DNA of 64,000 nucleotides from an uncultured Pseudomonadales bacterium (GCA_964457085.1 CAYWDM010000002.1:203418-267417), one strand, 5' to 3'. Counted from the first letter of the stretch, positions 1-10,566 are shown. Translations and numbers: made by a program. Notes: generated by a model from the letters alone, not told the origin.

Positions 1-603
1 TGCAAAAGTGGCGATAGAGTAGTGAAAGAGCACTCCAATGGTGAAAACTATATGGAATAGTAGTAGCACTTTTAGTGAGCTATTTTTTATAACCTTAATA
101 CCCAGCATCACGATCAGTAGCGAAAGTGTGGGCAGATAACTACGTTGATAGATTGAAATGTTGTGTTGAGCAAGTGAGCTACTGAGGCTGAGGGCTAAGA
201 GGCAGAGCAAGCCCAACCATTTCCCGCCAATATCTTTGCCAATTTGATACCCGAAAAAAAGTGACAGAACATTAATTGCTGTAAAAATGTGCAGCATCGT
301 TATCTCATTTCCACCGATAGTCCAGAGAAATCCGAGCCAGTTATAGTAGAGGTATGAGTTTTTGAGATAGCCCTGCCCCATATTCGCTTTTGGCGAGATG
401 GGTACGAATGTTCTTGACTCACTGATCTTTTTGGCGATCAAAACGTCTCTAGCAGAATCATCAAACCATTGAGTACGATCCCAAATTGCATGAAATCTAG
501 TAAAGATTGCAATGCTAACGACCAAGCAGAGCAGCACAGAGAATAGTATCGCAGCAATTCTAGGGGTAAATTTTGAACGTAGTTGTGAGAGTATCGAAGA
601 CAT
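1..603 (-). CDS. GT-C fold (ArnT/PMT-like) membrane glycosyltransferase, runs off window start
   Basis: Manual translation from ATG 603: MSSILSQLRSKF...IFTRFHAIWDRTQWFDDSARDVLIAKKI..., open to position 1. N-terminal TM helix, FxDxxRD-type acidic loop motif, then many TM segments. Not in the ORF track. Confidence 0.65.
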   Translation of the reverse strand, partial: MSSILSQLRSKFTPRIAAILFSVLLCLVVSIAIFTRFHAIWDRTQWFDDSARDVLIAKKISESRTFVPISPKANMGQGYLKNSYLYYNWLGFLWTIGGNEITMLHIFTAINVLSLFFGYQIGKDIGGKWLGLLCLLALSLSSSLAQHNISIYQRSYLPTLSLLIVMLGIKVIKNSSLKVLLLFHIVFTIGVLFHYSIATFA

Positions 604-721
604 AAGCAAATTGAGTTGACTATAAAAGTAATCATTAGTTTCTCATAAATCTACGGCAACACATAGCTGAGATCCAGATACAATATACTTAGAGCTTGGT
701 ACTATATATATTATTTTGAGT

Positions 722-2500
722 ATGTGGGTTATTAAACGCCTCTATCAGTTCATTTGGCAGCAACCATTTAGCTATTGGTTCGGATCGCTGTTTATGGTGT
801 CAGGCATGGTGCTAGCAAACTTCGCACCATTTTTTGTCAAATGGTTGACACAAAGCGTTCAGGCAGATCAGTTGGATCATGCACTACAGCTCATTTTATT
901 GTTTGGAGCAATTTTGGTTGCTAGCAATGCTTTTGAGAGTTTAGCGTATTTCATCACTGATAAAAACATGGTTGGGACATCAACTCGAATATCGCAAGCG
1001 GTACTGACACACATTCATAATTTGGACTTTGCATATCACACTAATAAAAGCTCAGGACAGTTAATTAGTTTGATGAAGCGTGGTGACGATGCTTTTTTCG
1101 CCTATTACGATATTTTCAATCGACAGTTTTTAAATATTTTTATTAGTTTTATGGTGATGCTAGGAGCATTTACTCAGCTGCAATCACACTACATCTTTTT
1201 TGTTCTTGGACTAGTACTGCTTAGTTCATTAGTTTCAACATCATTGGTTAAGCTAAATATTAGTAAACGAAATATTTTTAATGCGGTCGATGATGAACTG
1301 TCTTCAGTACGTGTCGATAACTTAGTCAATTTTGATACGGTTAAATATTTTGCACACGAGGTGTTTGAACAGCAGCGATTTCAGTCTTTACTCAATGCAT
1401 GGAATAGAGCACTGCAAGGTTATTTTTTTACATTTCGTTTTTTTGATTTAATTTTGGGCAATATGATCAATGTAGCTCTGGTTGGCATGATGCTGCTGGC
1501 ACTTTGGGATGTGCAAAGAGGAGCGATCACCTTAGCAGAGTTTTTATTGGTAACGACTTTCTCAATGACGCTGTTACCCAAAATGATGAACTTTCTATTT
1601 AATTTGCGAGATTTGGCAAAAAAATACTCGGACTTAAATACCTATTTTTCACTTTTAGAGGAAAAAGTTTCAGTAACTGATCCATTGCAGCCACAACTTT
1701 TATCTAAAGGTGGAGAAATTGCGTTCAATCAAGTTACTTTTACATATGGTAATTCTGACACTCCCGTTTTAAAAGACTTTAATTTATCAATTAAAAGTGG
1801 CGAAGCGGTGGCACTCGTCGGATACTCTGGAGCAGGCAAGACAACTATCGCCAAGTTATTGATGCGTATGTATGACGCTCAGACAGGAGCTATTACAGTC
1901 AACGGAGTAGACGTGCGGCAACTAACCAAGCAGACACTGCGTCGTCGCATCGGCATAGTGCCTCAGGATCCGTTACTTTTCAATAACACTATTTACTACA
2001 ATATTGCCTATGCCAGAGACAAAGTTACTAAAGCTGAGGTGTTGGCTGCTGCTGAAGCCGCTCGGGTCAGTGATTTTGTCAAAAAACTAGCTCAAGGTTT
2101 TGAAACTGTTGTGGGTGAGCGAGGTATTAAATTGTCAGGAGGGCAGCGACAGCGATTAGCTATTGCACGAGTGCTTTTGGAGCAACCTGACATTTTAGTT
2201 TTCGATGAGGCAACCAGTGCTCTAGATTCCGCTTCAGAGCAAGTCATTCAAACAGCTTTTTGGAATTTAGTTCGTGATCCAAAGCGACCTCGCACTGCCA
2301 TCGTCATCGCCCACCGACTCTCAACAATTATGAAGGCGGATCGAATAGTGGTTATGGATAAAGGAAGTATCGTGGATATCGGTACCCATAGTGAATTACT
2401 TGCTAAGGGCGATGGTATTTATAATCAACTTTGGTCACTGCAGCGTAATGGGTTTATTGGAGATGGTGAATCCGAAGAGAACGACGAAATATCATTGTAA
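722..2500 (+). CDS. ABC exporter, fused permease + ATPase (Atm1/HMT1-like)
   Basis: TM domain with NFDTVKYF; Walker A GYSGAGKT, LSGGQRQR, DEATSALD, IAHRLST. Confidence 0.92.
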   Translation: MWVIKRLYQFIWQQPFSYWFGSLFMVSGMVLANFAPFFVKWLTQSVQADQLDHALQLILLFGAILVASNAFESLAYFITDKNMVGTSTRISQAVLTHIHNLDFAYHTNKSSGQLISLMKRGDDAFFAYYDIFNRQFLNIFISFMVMLGAFTQLQSHYIFFVLGLVLLSSLVSTSLVKLNISKRNIFNAVDDELSSVRVDNLVNFDTVKYFAHEVFEQQRFQSLLNAWNRALQGYFFTFRFFDLILGNMINVALVGMMLLALWDVQRGAITLAEFLLVTTFSMTLLPKMMNFLFNLRDLAKKYSDLNTYFSLLEEKVSVTDPLQPQLLSKGGEIAFNQVTFTYGNSDTPVLKDFNLSIKSGEAVALVGYSGAGKTTIAKLLMRMYDAQTGAITVNGVDVRQLTKQTLRRRIGIVPQDPLLFNNTIYYNIAYARDKVTKAEVLAAAEAARVSDFVKKLAQGFETVVGERGIKLSGGQRQRLAIARVLLEQPDILVFDEATSALDSASEQVIQTAFWNLVRDPKRPRTAIVIAHRLSTIMKADRIVVMDKGSIVDIGTHSELLAKGDGIYNQLWSLQRNGFIGDGESEENDEISL

Positions 2501-2511
2501 TCGGCTCAAGA

Positions 2512-3534
2512 CTAAGATTCTAACAATTCCTGTAGATATTTTTCCAATTCTTCATCCCCATTCCAAGCAATAATATGCTGTTCGGTGATTAAATCGAGAT
2601 GAATTTTTGGTGTTTTTCCCTGAAAATTTAAGACTTTGCCTCCAGCAGCTTCTACGACTCCAATAATTGGAGCTAGGTCATATGAAAGCTGCTTGGCTCG
2701 AATCAGTGCATCTAATTGTCCTCGAGCCGTCATGGCACCAGCATGCTGAATGTCGATGCCTGCATAGAGTCGCTGTGCGTGTAGTGCGAGTTTCTTGATG
2801 CCAGCATCCCAAACATCAGCTCTAAGATCTTTATGCCCAATCGAGACCACACAGCGTCTCACATCGTTTTGTACGTATTGGGATTTACTGACGTGAATGG
2901 TCTCACCGGCTAGATTCCAACAACCTGATCCTGGAATCCCAAGTACAAGTTGCTGCTGAGTCTGAACTTGGGGAAGAGCAATGGCTGAAGCAATAATGCC
3001 GCTATGTGTTTCATCTACAACTGTTGCATCGTATAGTGCCATGCCTACAGCCCAACCTTCATCGATCCCTCGAGTAAAACTAATTGATCCATCGATAGGA
3101 TCAATTGTAATAATCCTTCGACCTGAAAGGTTATATCCGCCGCTTTCTTCATCGAGGATTCCATAGGTTGGAAAATACTCTTTTACTAATGAGCTGAGTA
3201 CTAAACTTGAAATTGTGTCTCCTAGTGAGTAGGTTTCCCTTCCAGCTGCATCTTTGCTTTCCCCTAGGCCCACAAGATGTTTGACACTATCAGCGAGCGT
3301 TAGGCCGATGAGACAGGCTTGTGCCATGAGTAGACTAGCTTTCGCTGTCTCAGCTTGTGTTGTCGAGCTGACTGAAGAAACTAGCTTCTCATTGAGGATA
3401 GGTGTTCTCTTAAGACTTATTAAGAGTAAGTCTAATGTTCTTTGATCTATTCGTAGTTGCTGTTTTTTTGTGACCAAAACTTTTTGAGCCGAATCGAGTA
3501 ATTGTTGGGGAATCTGCGATAGAGAGTCAGACAT
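2512..3534 (-). CDS. Inositol monophosphatase family protein (SuhB/HisN-like) with N-terminal extension
   Basis: ILDEE, IDPIDGSISF and YDLAP motifs; ATG 3534 lies just downstream of TACAAT. Confidence 0.8.
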   Translation of the reverse strand: MSDSLSQIPQQLLDSAQKVLVTKKQQLRIDQRTLDLLLISLKRTPILNEKLVSSVSSTTQAETAKASLLMAQACLIGLTLADSVKHLVGLGESKDAAGRETYSLGDTISSLVLSSLVKEYFPTYGILDEESGGYNLSGRRIITIDPIDGSISFTRGIDEGWAVGMALYDATVVDETHSGIIASAIALPQVQTQQQLVLGIPGSGCWNLAGETIHVSKSQYVQNDVRRCVVSIGHKDLRADVWDAGIKKLALHAQRLYAGIDIQHAGAMTARGQLDALIRAKQLSYDLAPIIGVVEAAGGKVLNFQGKTPKIHLDLITEQHIIAWNGDEELEKYLQELLES

Positions 3535-3859
3535 ATTTTCATTGTATATGTTTGCTCTAGTTGGCAATAGCAGCTAGTTTTTTGAGGTATATTTGATCAC
3601 AAACTACCCTGTTGTATTCTCGATACTACTCTTGTAAAATACAGCTTTGTTACTCAAGCAGATAACTCGAGGAAATATGCAGAAATGCATTATTTTCCAC
3701 TTCAACCGCCTGCACAAGTGTGTGCAGTGTTGATACAGAAATTTGACTTGAGGACTACTACGAACTCTGGGCTATACAGAAGATAAAACAACCGATATAA
3801 TTACGGCCTGTAGTTTTTAGACAGAAAATTGTACAAAAAGTAAACCTTAACAAAAAGCA

Positions 3860-4192
3860 ATGGCGAACAAAACCAGTAGCACCCAAAACAGTTATAAAAT
3901 CAGAGTCAGACTTAAGTCTTATGACCATCGAGTTATAGACGAAGCCTCACGCAAGATTTTGCAGACCGCGTTGTCTACCGGTGCGAAAATTGTGGGTCCA
4001 GTACCTTTACCGACCGATACCCGGTCGTTCACCGTATTGTCTTCACCTCATTCCGACAAGAATGCTCAAGAGCATTACGAGATGAGAACACACAAACGCT
4101 TAATTGATATTGTTAATCCAACTAATAAAACTATTGATTCGTTAATGCACCTGGAATTGCCCGCTGGTGTAGATATTCAAATCAAGATGTAG
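3860..4192 (+). CDS. rpsJ: 30S ribosomal protein S10 (NusE)
   Basis: [28 protein letters not shown]. Confidence 0.99.
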   Translation: MANKTSSTQNSYKIRVRLKSYDHRVIDEASRKILQTALSTGAKIVGPVPLPTDTRSFTVLSSPHSDKNAQEHYEMRTHKRLIDIVNPTNKTIDSLMHLELPAGVDIQIKM

Positions 4193-4298
4193 TTGGAAGG
4201 AATTTTTGTATATACCTTAAGTAGAGTCAACAGAAACGATTACTGGCTTAATCAGCTTGAGATCATAACTTAGTGCGGAGAGTTGCACACAACGACAT

Positions 4299-5093
4299 AT
4301 GCTAAATACTATTATCGCAACCAAAATTGGCATGACACAAGCCTGGTCTAAAGACGGCAAACGTCTTGCTGTGACCAAGTGTAAAGTTGGTCCAAACATG
4401 GTTGTTGGCCAACAACTTACCAAAGCACTCGAGAAAACATATAAAGCCTCAGATCTTAAACCATGTACCATTTTTGAAATTGGTTATGGCAAGAAGAAAA
4501 TTGCAAACACTAATAAACCACTCCGATCTAGATTAGAAAAGAGCGGTTTTTCGGTTGGCGTCCGTTCAGTCTCTGGCATTCGTCAATTTGAAGGTGAGAA
4601 CTTTGACTTAAAGGTGGGTGATACATTGGCAACTGATCGAGTATTATCGATCGGTGACGTAGTCGCAGTTCAGGGCCAAACTAAAGGTCGCGGTTTTGCA
4701 GGTGGTGTGAAGCGACATGGTTTTAAAGGTGGTCCTAAGACTCATGGTCAATCAGATCGTCAGCGTGCTATCGGTTCAATTGGTTGTCGTACTACTCCAG
4801 GTCGTGTTTGGCCAGGCAAACGCATGGCAGGTCATATGGGTAATGTTACTCAGTCAGTTTCTGGCTTAGTAGTGCTTTTCATTGACACTGACAACAACGA
4901 GATTTGGCTGAGTGGCCCAGTTCCAGGATCTAACACCTCCACAATTAAAATCACCAAAACTGGTGACAAAAAAGCTATCGAATTAGATTTATCACTAATG
5001 GGACTTGAGAAGGTTGCTCCAGCTGTAGAAGCTGTTGAAACTGCAGAAGTCGCAGAAGTTGCAGCAGAAACCACCGAGGAAATAAAGGCCTAA
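4299..5093 (+). CDS. rplC: 50S ribosomal protein L3
   Basis: KIGMTQ, TKGRGFAGGVKRHGF, PGRVWPGKRMAGHMG. Confidence 0.99.
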   Translation: MLNTIIATKIGMTQAWSKDGKRLAVTKCKVGPNMVVGQQLTKALEKTYKASDLKPCTIFEIGYGKKKIANTNKPLRSRLEKSGFSVGVRSVSGIRQFEGENFDLKVGDTLATDRVLSIGDVVAVQGQTKGRGFAGGVKRHGFKGGPKTHGQSDRQRAIGSIGCRTTPGRVWPGKRMAGHMGNVTQSVSGLVVLFIDTDNNEIWLSGPVPGSNTSTIKITKTGDKKAIELDLSLMGLEKVAPAVEAVETAEVAEVAAETTEEIKA

Positions 5094-5096
5094 GAC

Positions 5097-5732
5097 ATGC
5101 AATTAACTTCAATCTCAGCAACCGGCGATAAAGGTACATTTAAAGCACAAGACACTGTCTTTGCAGTACCTGCAAATGATTCTTTATTGAGTCAAGCAAT
5201 TCACGTTTACCGCAATAATCAACGCCAAGGTACAAGTAAGGTTAAGACTCGTAGTGAGACTAATCGTACTAAGAAGAAATGGTACAAGCAAAAAGGTACT
5301 GGTAATGCACGACATGGTGCTCGTACACCAAGTTTATTTGTTGGTGGTGGTGTGGCTCATGGTCCTAATGGCATGCAAAACTGGTCACGTTCAATGACCA
5401 AGGCCATGGCTCGCCAGGCTATCAAAGTTGCATTATCTGCTCAAGTTAAAAACATCGTTATCTGTGATAGTTTGGAGAGACTTGATGGTAAGACTGCAAC
5501 TGCAGCCAAAATGCTCAAGAAAGTAGTGCCTAACAGTGTTCGCACTTTGGTAGTACTTCCAGAGACACAGGCTTTGATTGTTCGCGGTTTCCGCAACATG
5601 AATAGCGTTTTGACCACAACTGCACTTCGCTTAAATGTATATCAAGTTGCTGCCGCTGATACTATTTTGACTACTACCAGTGCTATTAAAGCTTTAGAGA
5701 CCCGCTTGTTGGGTGAGGAGGCAATAGCCTAA
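5097..5732 (+). CDS. rplD: 50S ribosomal protein L4
   Basis: RQGTSKVKTRSE, KQKGTGNARHG, GGGVAHGP. Confidence 0.99.
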   Translation: MQLTSISATGDKGTFKAQDTVFAVPANDSLLSQAIHVYRNNQRQGTSKVKTRSETNRTKKKWYKQKGTGNARHGARTPSLFVGGGVAHGPNGMQNWSRSMTKAMARQAIKVALSAQVKNIVICDSLERLDGKTATAAKMLKKVVPNSVRTLVVLPETQALIVRGFRNMNSVLTTTALRLNVYQVAAADTILTTTSAIKALETRLLGEEAIA

Positions 5733-5747
5733 AGATTGGACACTATC

Positions 5748-6041
5748 ATGAAACCATATATCATTCGTCGCCCCATCATCACTGAAAAGTCATTACACAT
5801 GGCAAACCAGATGAATGTCTATGTGTTTGAAGTTGACCGTATGGCCAACAAAACCGAGATAAAAGAAGCAGTAGAAGATATTTTCAAGGTCAATGTTGAG
5901 GCCGTAAACACTGTGATGAGTCATAGTGCTACCAAATCAACTGGTCGCCGCCGCATTAAAGTGGTAACTGCCAAAACCAAGAAAGTCATGGTCAAGGTCA
6001 AAACAGGAGAGAAGATTCCCTTGTTTGATATTACCGGCTAA
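5748..6041 (+). CDS. rplW: 50S ribosomal protein L23
   Basis: IIRRPIITEKS, ANKTEIKEAVEDIFKVNV; operon position. Confidence 0.97.
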   Translation: MKPYIIRRPIITEKSLHMANQMNVYVFEVDRMANKTEIKEAVEDIFKVNVEAVNTVMSHSATKSTGRRRIKVVTAKTKKVMVKVKTGEKIPLFDITG

Positions 6042-6053
6042 GGAATTATTACA

Positions 6054-6887
6054 ATGATACGTATAGCTACCCCAACCACTCCCGGAAGACGCAATCTCGC
6101 TTTAATTGATCGTAGCGACTTGAAGAAAACCGGTCCAGAGAAATCACTATTAGTTCCAGGACACAAGAAACGTCAGGGTCGTGGCTTTAGAGGTCACATC
6201 ACTGTTAGACATCGTGGTGCTGGTGTAAAGAAGAGATTGCGTGTCATTGATTGGCGCCGTGACAAATTGGACGTAGTTGGTATCGTTAAGAGTCTCGAGC
6301 ATGATCCCATGCGTTCAGCTCATATTGCTTTGATCTGGTATAAAGATGGCGAGAAGCGCTATATCGTTGCTCCTCATGATCTCAAAGTTGGTGCTGAGAT
6401 CATTGCCTCGGAAAAAGCTGAGCCTTTGGCAGGTAATGCTATGGCTCTCAAGAATATTCCTATTGGTGTGCCTATTCACTGTATCGAATTAGTTAAAGGC
6501 AAAGGTGCACAATTGGTTCGAGGTGCAGGTAACGCAGCATTGGTTCAAGCCAAAGATGAGAAATATGTCACCATTCTTTTACCTTCCAAGGAACAAAGAT
6601 TGATAAATGCGGATTGTTTCGCTACAATCGGCCAGGTTGGCAACTCAGATTGGAAGAATCAGAAGTTAGGTAAAGCTGGTCGCAAGCGTCTGATGGGTAT
6701 TCGTCCTTCAGTTCGTGGTACTGCTATGCATCCCAACAACCATCCACATGGTGGTGGTGAGGGTCGCTCAGGTGCTGGTTTGAAATATCAGAAGACCAAG
6801 TGGGGTAAAAATGCAGCTCCAGGTAAGAAGACCAGAAGTGTGCGTAAGAGCACCAAGATGATCGTCAAAGATCGAAGGGCCAAATAA
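6054..6887 (+). CDS. rplB: 50S ribosomal protein L2
   Basis: RPSVRGTAMHPNNHPHGGGEGR. Confidence 0.99.
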   Translation: MIRIATPTTPGRRNLALIDRSDLKKTGPEKSLLVPGHKKRQGRGFRGHITVRHRGAGVKKRLRVIDWRRDKLDVVGIVKSLEHDPMRSAHIALIWYKDGEKRYIVAPHDLKVGAEIIASEKAEPLAGNAMALKNIPIGVPIHCIELVKGKGAQLVRGAGNAALVQAKDEKYVTILLPSKEQRLINADCFATIGQVGNSDWKNQKLGKAGRKRLMGIRPSVRGTAMHPNNHPHGGGEGRSGAGLKYQKTKWGKNAAPGKKTRSVRKSTKMIVKDRRAK

Positions 6888-6899
6888 GGTTATAAAACT

Positions 6900-7184
6900 A
6901 TGTCGAGATCAAGTAAAAAAGGACCATACATTGACCCAAAGCTGATGACTAAAGTCAGTAAGCAGAAGTTAAGTGGTGACAAAGCTGGTATCAAAACTTG
7001 GAGTCGCGCTTGCGTGATTGCTCCAGATTTTGTTGGCCACACCTTCATGGTACATCAAGGTCGCAAATTTATTGAGGTATTCGTTACTGAAGCCATGGTT
7101 GGACATACTTTGGGTGAGTTTTCTCCCACTCGTACTTTCCGTGGTCACGGTAAAGTCATTAAACGAGTGTTGAGTAAGACTTAA
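6900..7184 (+). CDS. rpsS: 30S ribosomal protein S19
   Basis: [25 protein letters not shown]. Confidence 0.99.
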   Translation: MSRSSKKGPYIDPKLMTKVSKQKLSGDKAGIKTWSRACVIAPDFVGHTFMVHQGRKFIEVFVTEAMVGHTLGEFSPTRTFRGHGKVIKRVLSKT

Positions 7185-7203
7185 CATTTGAAAGTGGATT
7201 AAC

Positions 7204-7683
7204 ATGATAATTACTGCAGAACAAAAAAACTCTCGCCAATCGGACCGCAAAGTCTTGTTGGTGGCCAATGCTGTTAAAAAGCTTGAGATTCCTGAAGCAA
7301 TTAAACAACTTGGTGTAATCGAGAAAAAAGCTAGTATCGTGATACTCAAAGTATTGCGACAGGCTATCGCTAATGCCACTCATAACCATGGTTTGGCAGT
7401 AGCTGACTTAGCTATCAAAGCTATCATCATTGGTGGTGGCACACCATACAAGCGTTTCCGTGCAGCTAGTCGTGGTCGTGCTCACTCAATTTTGAAGAGA
7501 ACCTGTCACGTTCGTGTGGAGCTGATCACCAAAAGTGATATCCCCGTTAAAGCACTGAAGACTGATAAAAAAGCTATCGTTGCAGCTGATGTGAAGAAAG
7601 CAACCAAGGTCGTAGCTAAAGCTGCTAAGGCCACAATCGAGAAAACAACTAAGAAAGCAACTAAATCTAAGAAGGCTGAGTAA
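7204..7683 (+). CDS. rplV: 50S ribosomal protein L22 with Lys/Ala-rich C-terminal tail
   Basis: AIANATHN, KRFRAASRGRA, KRTCHV. Confidence 0.98.
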   Translation: MIITAEQKNSRQSDRKVLLVANAVKKLEIPEAIKQLGVIEKKASIVILKVLRQAIANATHNHGLAVADLAIKAIIIGGGTPYKRFRAASRGRAHSILKRTCHVRVELITKSDIPVKALKTDKKAIVAADVKKATKVVAKAAKATIEKTTKKATKSKKAE

Positions 7684-7688
7684 ATAGT

Positions 7689-8339
7689 ATGGGACAAAAA
7701 GTTAATCCTACCGGTTTCAGATTGGGCATTATATTCGACTGGAAGTCTCGTTGGTTCGCCAACAAAAGTGACTACCCTTCTAAAGTGCTCGAAGATTATA
7801 AGCTACGCAAGTTCTTAAACGAGAAGTTGGTCAGTGCTGGTTTGGTGGATGTCTCAATTGAACGCTCGATTTCAAAGATGCGCATCGTTCTAACTGTTGG
7901 TCGCCCAGGTGTAGTGATTGGTAAGGGTGGCTCAAATCTAGAGATCTTGAAAAAAGATATCGAGAAATTAATTAACGTTGCTAAAATTGCTAAAGATAAA
8001 GTCAAGATCGACCTCAAAGTTGAAGAGGTGAGAGATCCAAATTTGAGTTCAAAATTAGTTGCTGAGAGAATCGTGAGTCAGATGTTGGCAAGATATCCTC
8101 ATCGACGCGCAGTTAACCAGGCTTTGGAAAAAGTTATGGCAGCTGGTGCTAAGGGTATTAAAATTCAGCTCTCAGGTCGTGTAGGCGGTGCAGAGATTGG
8201 TCGCAGTGAGAAATATTTCCGCGGTAGTGTGCCTACTCAAACACTTCGCGCCAACATTGATTATTTTGAAACTCCAGCTAAGACTCGATCAGGCTACGTC
8301 GGTATTAAAGTCTGGATTTATCGGGGAGAAATAGTTTAA
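7689..8339 (+). CDS. rpsC: 30S ribosomal protein S3
   Basis: MGQKVNPTGFRLG, GRVGGAEIGRSE. Confidence 0.99.
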   Translation: MGQKVNPTGFRLGIIFDWKSRWFANKSDYPSKVLEDYKLRKFLNEKLVSAGLVDVSIERSISKMRIVLTVGRPGVVIGKGGSNLEILKKDIEKLINVAKIAKDKVKIDLKVEEVRDPNLSSKLVAERIVSQMLARYPHRRAVNQALEKVMAAGAKGIKIQLSGRVGGAEIGRSEKYFRGSVPTQTLRANIDYFETPAKTRSGYVGIKVWIYRGEIV

Positions 8340-8357
8340 CTCAACTAGGTACTTACT

Positions 8358-8762
8358 ATGTTACAACCAAAGAAATCAAAACATCGCAAAGCCTTCCGAG
8401 GTAAAATTCGTGGCGTCGCGATTCGTGGCTCACAATTAGCCTTTGGTGAATTCGGTCTTCGTGCCACCACCAGTGGTCGCGTGACTGCTAAACAAATTGA
8501 AGCTGCTCGTAAAAAAATCTCCTTTGTGACCAAGCGTGTTGGTAAATATTGGATTAAGATTTTCCCTCACAAGCCATTCACTTTAAAACCACTTGGAGTC
8601 AAGATGGGCTCAGGTAAGGGTGCTGTGGATAAATACGTCGCTTCAATCAAACCAGGAATGATTCTATTCGAACTTGGTGGTGTGACTGAAGAGATGGCTA
8701 AAACTGCATTTACAAAAGCTGGTCATAAATTATCGGTGCAGACTGCCTTCATCAAGAAATAA
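8358..8762 (+). CDS. rplP: 50S ribosomal protein L16
   Basis: MLQPKKSKHRK, QIEAAR, KMGSGKG. Confidence 0.99.
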   Translation: MLQPKKSKHRKAFRGKIRGVAIRGSQLAFGEFGLRATTSGRVTAKQIEAARKKISFVTKRVGKYWIKIFPHKPFTLKPLGVKMGSGKGAVDKYVASIKPGMILFELGGVTEEMAKTAFTKAGHKLSVQTAFIKK

Positions 8763-8774
8763 TCGGAAGTTATC

Positions 8775-8972
8775 ATGAAACACAAAGACATTGCTATCCT
8801 TCACCAAAAAACCACCACTGAGTTGGAGGTTGAATTGGAGAAGTTACTTAAAGAGTTAACTAAAGCTCGGTTGGAAAAAGCCACCGGCAAGCTCAGCAAT
8901 GTGGCATTGGTTCACACTTTGGCAGATGACGTTGCTAGAGTGCGTACCATCATAAAGGAGAAACTCGTATGA
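8775..8972 (+). CDS. rpmC: 50S ribosomal protein L29
   Basis: 65 aa, DVARVRTIIKE, between rplP and rpsQ. Confidence 0.93.
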   Translation: MKHKDIAILHQKTTTELEVELEKLLKELTKARLEKATGKLSNVALVHTLADDVARVRTIIKEKLV

Positions 8973-9211
8973 GAACCATCATCGGTAAAGTGGTTTCGTT
9001 AAAAACCCCACAGACTGCACAAGTGTTGGTGACTCGCCAATGGCAGCATCCCTTGTACAAGAAGTCGGTAAAACGAAGCAAAAAATACGCCTGTCACGTG
9101 AGCGAACTCGAGTTGGCAATGGGTGACAAGGTGGAAATTGCAGAGTGTGCACCTATCAGTGCTACGAAGCGATTTAAAGTAGTTTCCAAGATTGCGATTA
9201 AGGCATCTTAA
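8969..9211 (+). CDS. rpsQ: 30S ribosomal protein S17
   Basis: GKVVS, HPLYKK, GDKVEIAECAPISATKRF. Confidence 0.98.
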   Translation: MRTIIGKVVSLKTPQTAQVLVTRQWQHPLYKKSVKRSKKYACHVSELELAMGDKVEIAECAPISATKRFKVVSKIAIKAS

Positions 9212-9281
9212 CCGTATAATATGCTTCTCCTGAAAAGGGGTAAGCAGTCAAGACTAAAATATAATTTGACTGGTACAAAAA

Positions 9282-9656
9282 ATGATACAGTTACGTTCGG
9301 TACTACAAGTAGCAGATAACAGTGGCGCAAAGAGAGTTCGCGTCATCCAAGTTTATGGTGGCTCAAAACGCCGCTTTGGCTATGTGGGTGATGTGGTCTG
9401 TGCTTCAGTAATCGTGGCAAGTCCTCAAGGTACACTTAAAAAAGGTGCTAAGATTCGTGCTGTGATTGTTCGCACTCGCAAAGAGAGCCGCCGCAGTAAT
9501 GGTGAGTACATTAAATTTGATGATAACGCAGTAGTGATCGTCGAGGCTCGAGATAACCCCAATCCAGTTGGAACTCGTGTTTTTGGTCCAATCGCTCGCG
9601 AAGTCAAAGATAAAGGTTTCGCCAAGATTTCCAGTTTAGCCCAGGAGGTACTATGA
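9282..9656 (+). CDS. rplN: 50S ribosomal protein L14
   Basis: [26 protein letters not shown]. Confidence 0.99.
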   Translation: MIQLRSVLQVADNSGAKRVRVIQVYGGSKRRFGYVGDVVCASVIVASPQGTLKKGAKIRAVIVRTRKESRRSNGEYIKFDDNAVVIVEARDNPNPVGTRVFGPIAREVKDKGFAKISSLAQEVL

Positions 9657-9985
9657 AGTTACATATCGGCGACAGAGTTTTAGTTACTGCTGGTAAAGAC
9701 AAAGGCATTAAAAGTGAGATTACTAAAGTGATCCCTAAAGAGGCCAAAGTCGTGGTGAAGGGTGTGAACATTTACACTAAACACGTTAAGCCAATGGGTG
9801 ATCGCCCAGGTGAAAAACGCAAGATAGAACGACCTTTAGATATTGCTAAGGTGGCTATCTTAAATGACAAAGATCAAAGAGACAGAGTGGGATATAAAGT
9901 TATGGCTGATGGTCGCAAAGAGCGAGTATTCAAGAAGACTGGTAAGGTCGTTCCTGATGCTAAACAGCCAGCTAGTAAGAAATAA
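9653..9985 (+). CDS. rplX: 50S ribosomal protein L24
   Basis: KOW motif [19 protein letters not shown]. Confidence 0.98.
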   Translation: MKLHIGDRVLVTAGKDKGIKSEITKVIPKEAKVVVKGVNIYTKHVKPMGDRPGEKRKIERPLDIAKVAILNDKDQRDRVGYKVMADGRKERVFKKTGKVVPDAKQPASKK

Positions 9986-9987
9986 CT

Positions 9988-10554
9988 ATGAACCGTTTGA
10001 AGCAGAAATACCAATCAGAAGTGATCGCAGCTTTAACCAAAGAGTTCAAGCACGCTAATGTTTTTGAAGTCGCTACTGTGAAGAAAGTTACTTTGAACAT
10101 GGGTGTGACTGATCCTCAAGAGCCAAGAGCTCGCGAGCGAGTCATCGCTGGCATCATGAAGCAATTTGAATTAGTTGCAGGCCAAAAGCCAATGATGACC
10201 AAAGCCAAGAAAGCCATTGCTAACTTTAAGTTACGTGCTGGTGATCCACTCGGAGTCATGGTGACTCTTCGCGGTGAGTTAATGTGGGAGTTCATGGATA
10301 AATTGATCTCAATCACCTTACCTCGTGTCAAAGATTTTAGAGGTGTTTCTCGAAAAGCATTTGATGGTAAGGGTAATTATAGTTTAGGTCTTGAAGAGCA
10401 AATTGCTTTTCCAGAAATTGACTACGACAAGATTGACCGAATTCGCAGTTTACAAGTAAATATTACTTGTAAGTCAAAGAGTGACGCAGAGACATATCGT
10501 TTATTGGAACTCCTCGGCATGCCTTTTGCTAAGGAAGAAGACAAGAAGAACTAA
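9988..10554 (+). CDS. rplE: 50S ribosomal protein L5
   Basis: AGQKP, LPRVKDFRG, FDGKGNYSLG. Confidence 0.99.
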   Translation: MNRLKQKYQSEVIAALTKEFKHANVFEVATVKKVTLNMGVTDPQEPRARERVIAGIMKQFELVAGQKPMMTKAKKAIANFKLRAGDPLGVMVTLRGELMWEFMDKLISITLPRVKDFRGVSRKAFDGKGNYSLGLEEQIAFPEIDYDKIDRIRSLQVNITCKSKSDAETYRLLELLGMPFAKEEDKKN

Positions 10555-10566
10555 GGCAAGATAATT

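Noticed and set aside
438-635. 65-aa minus ORF in the track
   Set aside because: Overlaps, in another frame, the longer GT-C-like gene starting at 603
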